Shown here: positions 50,319 to 61,383 of the stretch, one piece after another
Position numbering within the stretch: the stretch's first letter is position 1
How the letters are laid out: each line of letters begins with the position of its first letter
Source of the DNA: Campylobacteraceae bacterium
GTDB lineage: Bacteria; Campylobacterota; Campylobacteria; Campylobacterales; Sulfurovaceae
Direction: 5' to 3'
Assembly: GCA_027056485.1 (NCBI GenBank)
Contig: JALUKQ010000187.1
Coordinates: 35,073-99,072, forward strand
DNA length: 64,000 bases
Notes under the pieces: generated by a model
Database searches by the model: none
What the model was told of the DNA's origin: nothing
What the model saw: only the letters and a program-made list of their open reading frames with translations
Made by a program: the position numbers and the translations under genes

Positions 50319-50960
50319 TTGATTATAATAAAGTTATCAAAGGAGTTAAATGTGTCATTAAGTATAAATATTGATAAACTTTTAGAGAGTAATGAAGAGA
50401 CATTTAAAAATATATTAAATAAGCTGTTTATGGAAAATCTGACTAATGCTAAAAAAGAGTTAGCTTCAACATATGAGTTTAACCAAAAACTTTATGAAGC
50501 CATTGAGTTTACACTAAAGAAGCTAAAACAAGAGGAGGGGTTTATTAGTAGAGTTTTATATAGTTCATTTGGTGTAGGTAAAAAGAAAAATAAACGTAGA
50601 AAACATCTTATTTTACTAGGTACTCAGCTTAAAACTGAGATAGCTAAAATTGAAAGAGATATAGAGAGGCTCAATCTTTATCATAAAAACTCACTCACTA
50701 GTTCAGATGCATTAATACGCCTTAGTAATGAGTTAAGTAAAAAAGTACATACCTTAGATGATAGCAGACTAATTAATCGATGTGATAAATATTTAAAAAA
50801 AATATATAGAGCAACTGATGAAGTCAATATTTCTACAAAAGAGTTAGACCTAAAGAGTATCTATTTGGAAAGTTCAGTTGATAAATATAAAGGTTTATTG
50901 GTACAGATACCACGTTATCATGAATTAAGAGATCATAAGTATCTAGAGTATAAAAGGTAA
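50319..50960 (+). CDS. Hypothetical coiled-coil protein (start probably GTG 50352)
   Basis: Long ORF; AAGGAG RBS before the GTG; helical composition. Confidence 0.65.
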   Translation: MIIIKLSKELNVSLSINIDKLLESNEETFKNILNKLFMENLTNAKKELASTYEFNQKLYEAIEFTLKKLKQEEGFISRVLYSSFGVGKKKNKRRKHLILLGTQLKTEIAKIERDIERLNLYHKNSLTSSDALIRLSNELSKKVHTLDDSRLINRCDKYLKKIYRATDEVNISTKELDLKSIYLESSVDKYKGLLVQIPRYHELRDHKYLEYKR

Positions 50961-52805
50961 CTACTCTAGTTCTGCTAGTTGTGGAGCATACTTCTCTTCT
51001 ATTTCATCTAAGGCTTCTGAGGCTACTTCAAGACGTTCAAAGAGTGCATCTATTTCGTTTTGAAGTTGACCTACATTTTGTGAAGCTTCTATCATTGTTG
51101 AGTTATCTGCATTGTTTGAAGCCTCTTCAAGTCTCTCATTTTCAACTTCTAGTTGCTCTTCAAGCTCCATGATTTTCTCTTCACAAAACTCTAGCTCTTT
51201 CTTATGTGGAGCGTTCTCTTTACTTCTTGCTATTGTTAGCTCTTTTTTAAGGCGTTTTTTCTCTTTGTTGTCGATTTTTGGTTTGCTTGTTTTGCTTGGT
51301 TTTGGGTCGACCCCTACACTCTCCTCTTCCCAACCTATTTTTTCCAAGAACTCATCATAGTTTCCATCAAAATATTCTGCTCCACCCTTATGAAAAATAA
51401 TCAATGCATCAGCCAAACGTCGTAAAAGCATCTCAGAGTGGGTAACCATTATAGTTGAGCCTTTAAACTTCTCTATAGCAGAACAGAGTGAGTCTATGGA
51501 GTACATATCTAAGTGGTTGGTAGGTTCATCTAGTAGCAGTAGGTTAGCCTCTGTAGCGATGATTTTACCAAGCATTACACGGCTTCTCTCTCCACCTGAA
51601 AGTACAGAAATTTTTTTGTCAGCTAACTCTCCTGAAAACATCATGGTTCCACAGATGCTTCTAGTCTCTGCAATGCCAAGCTTTAGACTTACAGAAGAAA
51701 TCTCATCTATAATGGTCGATGAGGTGTTGAGTCGTTCTATGTTGGTCTGTCCAAAGTGTGCCATGCTGGTAGAGGGGTGAAACTTTAGCTCTCCACCTTG
51801 TTGTGGAAGTTCTCCTGCTATGTAGTTAAGTAGGGTAGATTTACCTTTACCATTTTTACCAATAATGGCTAAAGTTTTTCCATTTTCTAAAACAAAGGAG
51901 ACATCGTTAAAAAGTTTTTCATCTTCTTTGTAACCAAAATCTAGATTTTCAGCTCGTAGGTTTATCTTGGCTGGGGTCTCTTTGTAGTTGAAGTTAAAGT
52001 TTAGGTTACTCTCACTCTCTAAGTTCTCCATTTCGTCCATTTTGTCAAGAATTTTCTGTTTAGATTGAGCAAGAGCAGCAGTTGAAGCTCTTGCTTTGTT
52101 TTTGGCTACGAACTCCTCTAGCTCTTTTCTCTTCTTCTCTTGATTTTGTCTAGTTTTTTCGTAAGTCTCATCACTAAGAGCAAGTGTCTCATCATATTTT
52201 TTAGTGTCACCTTGAATGATGTGTAGTGATTTTCTTTGAATTCCCATAGTATGAGTAGTAACGGCATTCATAAATTCACGGTCATGAGTAATCAAAATAA
52301 CTTCACCATCAAAATTACGAATAAACTGTTTAAGCCAACGCAAGGAGAGCAGGTCAAGGTAGTTTGTAGGCTCATCTAGTAGTAGCATGTTGGGTTCAGT
52401 AGCTAGAAGTTTGGCAAGGTTTATACGTATCTGGTAACCACCTGAAAAGCTTAACGGATCTTTTTCTAAATCTTCACTTGTAAAGCCCAACCCAAAAAGA
52501 ATTTTCTCTATTTTATAAAAATTATACTGCTCTTCTTCACTTAAAACCAATGAGCACTCTTCTCTCACCGTTGGTTCAGTAAATACCAAGTGCTGTTTGA
52601 GTGTTCCTATTTTATAGTTTTTAGGAATCGATACATCGCCACTATCATGGCTCTCTTCATTTAAAATAATTTTAAATAGTGTAGACTTACCTGAACCATT
52701 ACGCCCTATAAGTCCTATCTTTTGATTAGAGTTCATTTTAAGGTTAAGGTTTTTAAAAAGTGTTTGTCCACCGAAGCTTTTGCTTAGATTTGTTAGTTGT
52801 ATCAT
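50961..52805 (-). CDS. ABC-F family ATPase
   Basis: Two ABC domains (GRNGSGKS, GKNGKGKS, LDEPTN twice), no TM, C-terminal coiled coil. Confidence 0.93.
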   Translation of the reverse strand: MIQLTNLSKSFGGQTLFKNLNLKMNSNQKIGLIGRNGSGKSTLFKIILNEESHDSGDVSIPKNYKIGTLKQHLVFTEPTVREECSLVLSEEEQYNFYKIEKILFGLGFTSEDLEKDPLSFSGGYQIRINLAKLLATEPNMLLLDEPTNYLDLLSLRWLKQFIRNFDGEVILITHDREFMNAVTTHTMGIQRKSLHIIQGDTKKYDETLALSDETYEKTRQNQEKKRKELEEFVAKNKARASTAALAQSKQKILDKMDEMENLESESNLNFNFNYKETPAKINLRAENLDFGYKEDEKLFNDVSFVLENGKTLAIIGKNGKGKSTLLNYIAGELPQQGGELKFHPSTSMAHFGQTNIERLNTSSTIIDEISSVSLKLGIAETRSICGTMMFSGELADKKISVLSGGERSRVMLGKIIATEANLLLLDEPTNHLDMYSIDSLCSAIEKFKGSTIMVTHSEMLLRRLADALIIFHKGGAEYFDGNYDEFLEKIGWEEESVGVDPKPSKTSKPKIDNKEKKRLKKELTIARSKENAPHKKELEFCEEKIMELEEQLEVENERLEEASNNADNSTMIEASQNVGQLQNEIDALFERLEVASEALDEIEEKYAPQLAELE

Positions 52806-52948
52806 TGAGTTCCATTAAAAAAGTTTGTATCGCATATTATATCTTAGCTTCAATGAAATGGCACCTAGATAATAAGAGTAAATTTTGCTATAATCATAAT
52901 TAATTAACATAAAATAATAATATATAATGTGCTAAAAAGGGAATATGT

Positions 52949-54235
52949 GTGAAGAGCAGTATTGTAAATATTGAAAGTGCAACCAATAATAGTTTTGGTA
53001 CAGGATTTGTTGTGCATAGTAATGAAAAAGGTGTTTTTATACTTACATGTAAACATGTTGTAGAAGAGGTTATTAACCCAGTTGTAGAAAATATCTTGGT
53101 TAAGGTTGTAGCTATAGGTAATTTTATAGATATGGCTGTTCTATATATCCCAAGACTTGAACTTAAAGCACTACCTTTAGAAAATGAACAGAATAACAAC
53201 TTAGATGTTTCTGTTATAGGTTTTAGTCATTTTAATCAATCTTCAATTCAAAAAAAACATATAGATGCAACACTCTATAAAGAGTTAATAGAACTACATG
53301 CTAAAGAAGATGATACTTTTTATAATTTACGAAAGATTAAAGCAAAAGATGGATTTAACTTTGAACGAGGAAATAGTGGCTCTCCAGTTATCTGTTTAGA
53401 TACAAATAAGGTTATAGCCATGATAAGCAACAAAGAGGGTAGCAATATTGCATATGCAATAAATATTGAATATATTAAAGAGATATGGAAAGATATACCA
53501 GTTGAATTATTTAATAACAAGTCAAATAGTTCGAAAAAGGTAACCACTTCATATAGAGAGTATATTAAAACACCAAGTAAATCAAATAATAAGTTTGGAA
53601 TGTACTCTATCTTATTTCTTGTAGTATTTGGAGCTATCTTTTATCTGTTTCAGTCTGTAGAAAATAATCAGCCTATAATAAAAGAAAGTAGTAGAAATAA
53701 AACTATCAATTATGAGTCTGGAGATACATATAAGGGAGAAGTAAAAAACTATAATCAGAATTATGTTCCTGATGGAGAAGGAACTTATATTTTTTTTAAC
53801 AATGACAAATATATAGGTGCTTTTAAAAATGGAAAAGCTCATGGAAAAGGAACATTTTATTATAATAATGGGAATAAATATATTGGTGCATTTATAGCAG
53901 GTATTCCTCATGGAATAGGTACAGCATATTATTATTCTGGTGATAAGTATATAGGACTTTTTGAAGATGGAAAACGAAATGGAATAGGTACTTTTTATTA
54001 TAATGATGGAGATAAATGTAAGGGTAGGTTTAAAGATGATTTACCTACAGATAGGATGATATGTACTTTAGCTAATGGAATAAAAGCAAAAGTATTTTAT
54101 AAAGATGGATTACCTGTGGGAGATATTATATTATATGATAATTATGGATATGAACATAAATATAATGTAGATGCATTCGATAATGATATAGATTTAAATA
54201 ATGATGAGATGTTTACCTCGAAGTTATATGATTAA
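52949..54235 (+). CDS. Trypsin-like serine protease - TM - MORN repeat protein
   Basis: LTCKH, DMAVL, GNSGSP triad; one TM helix; repeated G(D/N)KYIGxFxxG..HGxGT. Confidence 0.85.
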   Translation: MKSSIVNIESATNNSFGTGFVVHSNEKGVFILTCKHVVEEVINPVVENILVKVVAIGNFIDMAVLYIPRLELKALPLENEQNNNLDVSVIGFSHFNQSSIQKKHIDATLYKELIELHAKEDDTFYNLRKIKAKDGFNFERGNSGSPVICLDTNKVIAMISNKEGSNIAYAINIEYIKEIWKDIPVELFNNKSNSSKKVTTSYREYIKTPSKSNNKFGMYSILFLVVFGAIFYLFQSVENNQPIIKESSRNKTINYESGDTYKGEVKNYNQNYVPDGEGTYIFFNNDKYIGAFKNGKAHGKGTFYYNNGNKYIGAFIAGIPHGIGTAYYYSGDKYIGLFEDGKRNGIGTFYYNDGDKCKGRFKDDLPTDRMICTLANGIKAKVFYKDGLPVGDIILYDNYGYEHKYNVDAFDNDIDLNNDEMFTSKLYD

Positions 54236-54287
54236 ATTTTAACTATATTATAGTAAAATCAATTTATTATAAATATAAGGATCAATA

Positions 54288-54824
54288 ATGAAACTTTTTA
54301 AATATGTAATATTACTCACTTTAATAGGTTTAACTTCGCTCTTTGCCACAGAATATACAGTAGATACAAAGGCTTCTATGGTGACTTTTAAAATACGCCA
54401 TGCTGTAGTGGCAAAGGTAGAGGGAAAATTCAATGAGTTATCTGGAAGCTATAATTATGATGAAAATAGCAGTACCTTTAGCTCATTTGTAGGTGAAGTT
54501 AAAACTGCTTCAATTGATACGGATGATGTTTATCGAGACAAGCACCTTAAAGAGAAAGTTTTTGAGGTTGAAAAGTATCCAACGATGAAGTTAGAGTTGG
54601 TAAAACAAGATGGCAATAGCTTTGAGACTGATTTAACCATCAAGGATATAACCAAACGGGTTAGTATGACTATCTCATTGGTCGCTGATGTTAAAAATAT
54701 GTTTATACTCTCAGGAAAAATAAACCGTAAAGATTTTGGCTTAACTTTTTCCGATACTTCAAAAATAGGTGACATGACTGTTGGAGATGAAGTAAAGATA
54801 AATATTTTGTTTGGTGCAGAATAG
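54288..54824 (+). CDS. YceI family polyisoprenoid-binding protein
   Basis: Signal peptide; FKIRH, VEGKF, RDKHL, INRKDFG. Confidence 0.92.
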   Translation: MKLFKYVILLTLIGLTSLFATEYTVDTKASMVTFKIRHAVVAKVEGKFNELSGSYNYDENSSTFSSFVGEVKTASIDTDDVYRDKHLKEKVFEVEKYPTMKLELVKQDGNSFETDLTIKDITKRVSMTISLVADVKNMFILSGKINRKDFGLTFSDTSKIGDMTVGDEVKINILFGAE

Positions 54825-54833
54825 AAGTATAGA

Positions 54834-55964
54834 TTATGACAATCTATCTCTAAAATCCTCATAACCAAATTCTTTAACTACTTCTATGGAGCTATTGAGT
54901 CGCTTAATGGCTATGGAGGGTAGAGGCACACCATTGAAGGTTGTAGCCTTTATCATAGTGTAGTGCATTTGGTCTTCAAATATTACTTTGTCACCTATTT
55001 TTAGAGGTTTATCAAAAGAGTAGTCACCCATAACATCTCCTGCTAGACAGCTGTTTCCTGCCAATCTGTAAGTATACTTTTTCTCTCCTGCTTTAGCACC
55101 ATTTCGTACATCTGCTCTATAGGGCATAATGATAGTGTCAGGCATGTGGGCTTCTGCTGATGTATCTAGTATGGCTATATCTATACCATTATGAACAATG
55201 TCTAAAACAGAAGTTACCAGTGTTCCTGTCTCCCAACCTACAGCCTCTCCAGGTTCTAGGTAGATTTGTAAATGAGGGTATCTACTTTGAAAACTCTTTA
55301 TAATACTTATGAGTTTTTCAATGTCATAACCTTTACGGGTAATGTGATGCCCACCACCAAAGTTTACCCATTTCATTGCGTTTAAATAGACACTAAATTT
55401 CTCTTCAAAGGCTTTTAAAACATTTTCAAGGGCAGAGCTGTCTTGTTCACAAAGGGCATGAAAATGAAGACCGTCAATATTTTTAATTATTTCACTTTTA
55501 AGTAATATTCCAAAATTTTCAATGGTTGTTCCTAAACGCGAATAGACTCCACAAGGATTGTAGAGTTCTACTGGAGATTCTGAATACTCAGGATTGACAC
55601 GAAGACCAAGAGAAAGCGTAGGGTTATATGACCTAGCTAAGGCTCCAAAACGTTCCAGTTGAGAAGGAGAGTTAAAGACCAAATGATGAGATATTTTGGC
55701 TATCTCCTCTATATCTTCTTCTTTGAAAGCAGGGCTATAGGTATGTAACTCTTTTTTAAACTTCTCATCTGAAAGCTTTGCTTCATGTAAGCCCGAGGCA
55801 CAACAACCATCTAGGTACTTTGAAGCCATAGGGAAGCTTTGCCAAAGAGCGTAGCCTTTTAGAGCAAGAAGTATTTTGACTCCTGTTTGCTCTTTTATAT
55901 GGGCTAGGATTTTTAGGTTTTGTTCTAGGAGTTGTTCTTCTAGGAGCCAGTAGGGGGTTTTCAT
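54834..55964 (-). CDS. nspC: Carboxynorspermidine decarboxylase
   Basis: LLALKG (PLP Lys), YNPC, HFHALCE, FGGGH, EPGEA, CLAGD. Confidence 0.95.
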   Translation of the reverse strand: MKTPYWLLEEQLLEQNLKILAHIKEQTGVKILLALKGYALWQSFPMASKYLDGCCASGLHEAKLSDEKFKKELHTYSPAFKEEDIEEIAKISHHLVFNSPSQLERFGALARSYNPTLSLGLRVNPEYSESPVELYNPCGVYSRLGTTIENFGILLKSEIIKNIDGLHFHALCEQDSSALENVLKAFEEKFSVYLNAMKWVNFGGGHHITRKGYDIEKLISIIKSFQSRYPHLQIYLEPGEAVGWETGTLVTSVLDIVHNGIDIAILDTSAEAHMPDTIIMPYRADVRNGAKAGEKKYTYRLAGNSCLAGDVMGDYSFDKPLKIGDKVIFEDQMHYTMIKATTFNGVPLPSIAIKRLNSSIEVVKEFGYEDFRDRLS

Positions 55965-56554
55965 GAAACCGTAATAACCTCATCAATACCATTAAAAATA
56001 GCTTCAACACGATTTTGCCAAAGTTCACCAAACTCCTTTTTCTCTTCAGGAGTTGCTGCTCCTTGCATGAGTTTTCCCATAAGCTCTTGCATTTTTGGAT
56101 TTCCTGCAATGGAACTATGGTCATAGCTAACGGTTACACTTTTATTGTTATCTAAACGTTTAAACTCTACAGCACCATTGATGTTGGCATTAAAATGCAT
56201 AAGATTATGTCTTGCAAACTTACCGTTTAGACCTTTGAATCCACTAAGTTCTGTGGCTCCTGTTATTTGGGTAATAACATTAGCTATAACACCTGTTACT
56301 CCCTCTTGCATGTCGTCTTTTAACGATACTGCGATGTTTCCTCTTGTTGGAGTTTCGTCACCATATAGAGCTTCTAATCCCTTAAATGTTGTAATGTACG
56401 CACCTGCAACAGTAGGACATGAGTGTCCAGCAGATTTGACCACATCTAAGTAAGAAAATTCAACAACTCCATCTTCAAAAGTTCCTAAAAAATTAGAGAG
56501 AGGGTCTTGTAGCGTTATGTTTGGTATAGTGTTAAAAAAAGTTGGGTAGTTCAT
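55961..56554 (-). CDS. FmdE-like protein
   Basis: AGHSCPTVAGAY motif; likely start MNYPTFF at 56554 (the ORF track extends to 56584); overlaps the nspC start by 4 nt. Confidence 0.72.
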   Translation of the reverse strand: MNYPTFFNTIPNITLQDPLSNFLGTFEDGVVEFSYLDVVKSAGHSCPTVAGAYITTFKGLEALYGDETPTRGNIAVSLKDDMQEGVTGVIANVITQITGATELSGFKGLNGKFARHNLMHFNANINGAVEFKRLDNNKSVTVSYDHSSIAGNPKMQELMGKLMQGAATPEEKKEFGELWQNRVEAIFNGIDEVITVS

Positions 56555-56610
56555 CTGTTTATTCCATATTTTGATTTTTTGCATTTTATTTAAAAACTAT
56601 TAAAGAGAGC

Positions 56611-56624
56611 TTGATTTAGCTCAA
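56611..56624. promoter_or_regulatory. Crp/Fnr (Nss-type) box
   Basis: TTGATTTAGCTCAA (TTGA-N6-TCAA). Confidence 0.55.
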
Positions 56625-56709
56625 TAGCAATAGATTATAATATTATTTATTTATAATTGTTTTTATATATTATATACAAAAGCATAAGATGAAAATAATG
56701 ATTTATTAC

Positions 56710-56723
56710 TTGATATGTATCAA
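56710..56723. promoter_or_regulatory. Crp/Fnr (Nss-type) box upstream of napA
   Basis: Perfect TTGAT-ATGT-ATCAA. Confidence 0.7.
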
Positions 56724-56871
56724 TTATTCATTAGTAGAATATATGCTAATATTAACATTAAGTTATGATAAATATTTGTTAATTTAAATAAAATTATTAT
56801 ATAATAATTAGTTTTATTTTTTAATAAATATTTAATAATAACAAATTGAATAAAATCTAGGAGGAAATAGT

Positions 56872-59712
56872 ATGGCTTTGAATAGAAGAGATTTTCTAAA
56901 AAGTGCAGCAGCAGCGACAGCAGCATCTGCAGTAGGAATCGCTGTTCCATCAAATCTTGAAGCATCATCAAATGAGGCTCAAAAAGATTGGAGATGGGAT
57001 AAAGCAGCGTGTAGATTCTGTGGTACTGGTTGTGGTATTATGTTGGCAACAAAGGGTGGAAAGATTGTTGCAGTAAAGGGTGACCCAGCAGCACCAGTTA
57101 ACAGAGGTTTGAACTGTATTAAAGGTTACTTTAATGCTAAAATCATGTATGGAGCTGATAGACTTAAGCAACCATTGTTGAGAATGAATGACAAAGGTGA
57201 GTTTGACAAAAAAGGTGACTTTAAACCTGTATCATGGCAACGTGCTTTTGATGAGATGGAAAAACATGCGAAAAAAGCACTTAAGGCAAGTGGACCTGAG
57301 GGTGTAGCTGTATTTGGTTCTGGTCAATATACATTAATGGAAGGGTATGCTGCTCAAAAAATGATGAAAGCAGGTTTCCGTTCAAACGCCATTGACCCAA
57401 ATGCTAGACACTGTATGGCTTCTGCTGTTGTTGGTTTCTATCAAACATTTGGTATTGATGAGCCAAGTGGATGTTACGATGATATTGAGCTTACAGATAC
57501 CGTTGTATCATGGGGTTCAAACATGGCAGAGATGCACCCAATTTTATGGTCTCGTGTAACTGACAGAAAACTTTCCGACCCAGAGAGAGTAAAAGTTATC
57601 TCTATTCAAACCTATACTCACAGAACTTCTGATATTGCTGATACAGAAATTTTATTCTCTCCAAACACCGACTTAGCCCTTTGGAACTATGTGGCTCGTG
57701 AAATTGTAATGAGAGACAAAAAAGGTGGTGGTAAAGAGGATATTATTGATTGGGATTTTGTAAACAAAAACATGGTATTTGCAGCAGGTCCTGTTAATAT
57801 CGGTTATGGTATGAGACGTGCTTCTGACAAGTCTATTAAAGATGGTAAATACTCTAAATTAGAGATGGAGACCATTGATAAAGAGATGAAAAAAACTGTT
57901 TCTGCTAAAGAAGCACCTGCTCTTGCACCATTTGGGTATAAAGAGGGTGATGTTATGGAGAATACTCCAGGAACACTTAAGCACTGGCATATCTCTTTTG
58001 AAGATTACAAAAAATCTTTAGAGCCATATACTCTTGAGTATACAGCCAAAATTGTAAAAGGTGACCCTAACGAAGATATTGAAGTATTTAAAAAGAAACT
58101 TCAACAATTAGCTGACCTTTACATTGAAAAAGATAGAAAAGTAGTTTCATTCTGGACAATGGGTATGAACCAACATACACGTGGTACTTGGGTAAATACA
58201 CTTTCATACAATGTTCACTTTATGCTTAACAAACAAGCCAAGCCAGGTAATGGTGCGTTCTCACTTACAGGTCAACCATCTGCGTGTGGTACTGCTAGAG
58301 AAGTTGGTACATTTACACACAGACTTCCTGCTGACTTGATGGTTAAAAACCCTAAACACAGAGCAATAGCAGAGAAAAAATGGATGATTCCAGAAGGAAC
58401 ACTTAATGGCGTTGGTAAACAGCACATTATGAAAATCCATAGAGACATCGAAGATGGTCTTGTTAAGTTTGCATGGGTAAACGTTTGTAACCCTTACCAA
58501 GATTCTGCATCTGCTTCACACTGGATTAAAGCAGCAAGAGAGATGGACAACTTTATTGTTACTTCTGATGGTTACCCTGGTATTTCGGCAAAAGTTTCTG
58601 ACCTTGTTCTTCCATCAGCAATGATTTATGAAAAATGGGGAGCATACGGAAATGCTGAAAGACGTACACAGCACTGGAGACAACAAGTTCTTCCTGTAGG
58701 TGATGCTATGTCCGACACATGGCAGTGGGCTGAGTTTTCTAAACGATTTACAGTTAAAGACCTTTGGGGTGAACAAGCACCAAGTGGACCAAGAAAGAAA
58801 CCTCTTCCAGATGTAATTGCAAAAGCAAAAGCAATGGGATACACAGAAGATACAACCATGTTTGATATTCTCTTTAACAACAAAATAGCTAAAACTTATA
58901 AAAAAGATATGAATGACCCAATTCAAAAAGGTTATGATGACTCTGAGTGTTTGGGTGACAGTCGAAATGTTGTTGGTTCTGATGGTAAAGTATTTAAAGG
59001 TTACGGGTTCTTTATTCATAAATATCTATTTGAAGAGTACGCAGCGTTTGGTAGAGGACATGGACACGACCTTGCTCCATTTGATATGTACCACAAAGTA
59101 CGTGGACTTAAATGGCCAGTTGTTGACGGTAAAGAGACTCAGTGGCGATTTAACGTTAAGTATGACCCATATGCAGCAAAAGCTGTTAAAGTAGCAGGAA
59201 CAGATAATACTCACGCATTCTATGGTAAATTGGCGAAAAATCTTCTACAAGGTAGCTTAACGGCACCTGATAAGAAGCTGGGTAAAAAAGCACTTCCAAA
59301 CAAAGCGAAGATATTTGCTAGACCATACATGGATCCTCCTGAAATGCCAGATGAAACTTATGATACTTGGTTATGTACAGGTCGTGTTCTTGAACATTGG
59401 CACTCAGGTACAATGACCATGAGAGTTCCAGAGCTTTTCCGTGCTGTTCCAGAAGCGTTATGTTACATGAACCCTAAAGATGCTAAAGCTAAAGGTCTTA
59501 AACAAGGTGGACTCTGTTGGGTTGAATCTCGTCGTGGTAAAGTAAAAGCAAGAGTTGAGACAAGAGGACGTAACAGACCTGCTCAAGGATTGGTATTTGT
59601 ACCATGGTTTGATGAAAAAGTATTTATTAACAAAGTATGTCTTGATGCTACTTGTCCAATGTCTAAACAGACAGATTACAAGAAGTGTGCAGTTAAGATT
59701 TATAAGGCGTAA
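56872..59712 (+). CDS. napA: Periplasmic nitrate reductase catalytic subunit
   Basis: Tat signal [14 protein letters not shown]...C [4Fe-4S], [22 protein letters not shown]. Confidence 0.98.
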   Translation: MALNRRDFLKSAAAATAASAVGIAVPSNLEASSNEAQKDWRWDKAACRFCGTGCGIMLATKGGKIVAVKGDPAAPVNRGLNCIKGYFNAKIMYGADRLKQPLLRMNDKGEFDKKGDFKPVSWQRAFDEMEKHAKKALKASGPEGVAVFGSGQYTLMEGYAAQKMMKAGFRSNAIDPNARHCMASAVVGFYQTFGIDEPSGCYDDIELTDTVVSWGSNMAEMHPILWSRVTDRKLSDPERVKVISIQTYTHRTSDIADTEILFSPNTDLALWNYVAREIVMRDKKGGGKEDIIDWDFVNKNMVFAAGPVNIGYGMRRASDKSIKDGKYSKLEMETIDKEMKKTVSAKEAPALAPFGYKEGDVMENTPGTLKHWHISFEDYKKSLEPYTLEYTAKIVKGDPNEDIEVFKKKLQQLADLYIEKDRKVVSFWTMGMNQHTRGTWVNTLSYNVHFMLNKQAKPGNGAFSLTGQPSACGTAREVGTFTHRLPADLMVKNPKHRAIAEKKWMIPEGTLNGVGKQHIMKIHRDIEDGLVKFAWVNVCNPYQDSASASHWIKAAREMDNFIVTSDGYPGISAKVSDLVLPSAMIYEKWGAYGNAERRTQHWRQQVLPVGDAMSDTWQWAEFSKRFTVKDLWGEQAPSGPRKKPLPDVIAKAKAMGYTEDTTMFDILFNNKIAKTYKKDMNDPIQKGYDDSECLGDSRNVVGSDGKVFKGYGFFIHKYLFEEYAAFGRGHGHDLAPFDMYHKVRGLKWPVVDGKETQWRFNVKYDPYAAKAVKVAGTDNTHAFYGKLAKNLLQGSLTAPDKKLGKKALPNKAKIFARPYMDPPEMPDETYDTWLCTGRVLEHWHSGTMTMRVPELFRAVPEALCYMNPKDAKAKGLKQGGLCWVESRRGKVKARVETRGRNRPAQGLVFVPWFDEKVFINKVCLDATCPMSKQTDYKKCAVKIYKA

Positions 59713-60543
59713 ATGATGGCTAACTCCGACAACAACAGACGAAAGTTTATGGCAACGACTCTTCAAAGCGTAGGTCTTACAGCTCTTGGTGGATTGTTGT
59801 GGAGTGGCTATACCGATGAGGTAAAAGCATCGCCATTGGTACTGCGACCACCTGGAGCGATTAAAGAGAATGACTTTTTAAGTGCTTGTATAAAGTGTGG
59901 TCTATGTGCCGAAGCGTGTCAAAATAGAGAAACCAACCTAGACAAAGAGACAGGTCTTCCTAAAGAGGGAACACTAAAGATGGCAAAGGGTGGAGACCAT
60001 AAGTTGATTGGTACTCCTTACTTTATACCAACGGAAGTTCCTTGTTATATGTGTGAAGATATTCCTTGTGTTCCTGTCTGTCCATCTGGAGCTTTAGACC
60101 AACTCTTAGTATCTGACGATAAGGGAGAGCTTGATATAAACAGGGCTTCTATGGGATTGGCTGTGGTACATAAAGAGTCTTGTATTGCCTTTTGGGGGAT
60201 TCAGTGTGATGCTTGTTATCGTGCTTGTCCTCTTTTAGGTGATGCCATAACCATTGAGATGCATAGAAATGAGCGAACAGGGAAACATACGTTTATGTTG
60301 CCTATCGTTAATGATAATGCTTGTACAGGGTGTGGTCTTTGTGAACAGGCTTGTGTCACAGAAAAACCTGCTATTTTTGTACTTCCAAACGAAGTTTCAA
60401 AAGGTAAAGCTGGTGACCACTATGTTAAAGGTTGGGATAAAGAAGACGATAAGCGTGTAGGGAATGCAAAAGCCATCGAGACAACAACAGAGCGTTCAAG
60501 TCAAAGTTCATCTGACTATCTTAACTCAGGAGATTTATACTAA
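59713..60543 (+). CDS. napG: Ferredoxin-type protein NapG
   Basis: RRKF Tat signal, LRPPGA, four Fe-S Cys motifs. Confidence 0.95.
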   Translation: MMANSDNNRRKFMATTLQSVGLTALGGLLWSGYTDEVKASPLVLRPPGAIKENDFLSACIKCGLCAEACQNRETNLDKETGLPKEGTLKMAKGGDHKLIGTPYFIPTEVPCYMCEDIPCVPVCPSGALDQLLVSDDKGELDINRASMGLAVVHKESCIAFWGIQCDACYRACPLLGDAITIEMHRNERTGKHTFMLPIVNDNACTGCGLCEQACVTEKPAIFVLPNEVSKGKAGDHYVKGWDKEDDKRVGNAKAIETTTERSSQSSSDYLNSGDLY

Positions 60544-61367
60544 TGAATAACATTAAATATTTGCTTCTTAGAAGAGTGACTCAGGTAATCATTTTGGTAT
60601 TGTACTTTGGTGCAAATGCTTATGGTTGGAAAATGTTGGCTGGAACTTTTGGTTCATCTTTACTTATGGGGTTTATTCCCTTGGCTGACCCATATACAAC
60701 GCTTCAAGTGTTGTCTACAGGGTTTGTTTTGGGTGCAGATGTTCTTTTAGGTGCATTGATAATCACCATCTTCTATATGGTTGTTGGTGGAAGGGCTTTT
60801 TGTTCTTGGGTCTGTCCTATAAACATGGTGACAGATTTGGCCAATTGGCTAAGACGAAAACTAAAGCTTGATAAGGAAGAGGTAAATTACAGATTTTTAA
60901 AACGTAATACTCGCTACTGGATAATGGTATTGGGTCTCATCGTTTCAGCTATTGTAGGAATCTCTGCATTTGAAGTACTAAGTCCTATTACCATCATGCA
61001 AAGAGGTATTGTCTTTGGTTTTGGTTCAGGGATTGCTGTTATTTTAGCAATCTTTCTTTTTGATCTATTTGGCGTTAAAAATGGATGGTGTGGTCACTTG
61101 TGTCCTTTGGGTGCGAGTTACTCTATTATCGGGAAAACAAGTTTGATTAGGGTTGACCATGACCATGAAGCATGTACAAACTGTATGGAATGTAAAATAG
61201 TTTGTCCTGAAAATCATGTGTTGCATATGGTGAACAAAGAGAGTATTCAAGTTACAGACGGAGAGTGTACCAATTGTGGTCGCTGTATTGATGTTTGTGG
61301 CGATGATGCTCTAAATTTTAGTATACGCTCTTTTGCAAAAAAGAGAATTGCAAAAAAAGAGAATTAA
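60543..61367 (+). CDS. napH: Quinol dehydrogenase membrane subunit NapH
   Basis: GRAFCSWVCP, GWCGHLCP, two CxxCxxC clusters. Confidence 0.95.
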   Translation: MNNIKYLLLRRVTQVIILVLYFGANAYGWKMLAGTFGSSLLMGFIPLADPYTTLQVLSTGFVLGADVLLGALIITIFYMVVGGRAFCSWVCPINMVTDLANWLRRKLKLDKEEVNYRFLKRNTRYWIMVLGLIVSAIVGISAFEVLSPITIMQRGIVFGFGSGIAVILAIFLFDLFGVKNGWCGHLCPLGASYSIIGKTSLIRVDHDHEACTNCMECKIVCPENHVLHMVNKESIQVTDGECTNCGRCIDVCGDDALNFSIRSFAKKRIAKKEN

Positions 61368-61383
61368 TAACAATTAAGGAGGA

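Noticed and set aside
57400-57430. Selenocysteine in NapA
   Set aside because: The Mo ligand is a normal Cys (TGT) and there is no in-frame TGA
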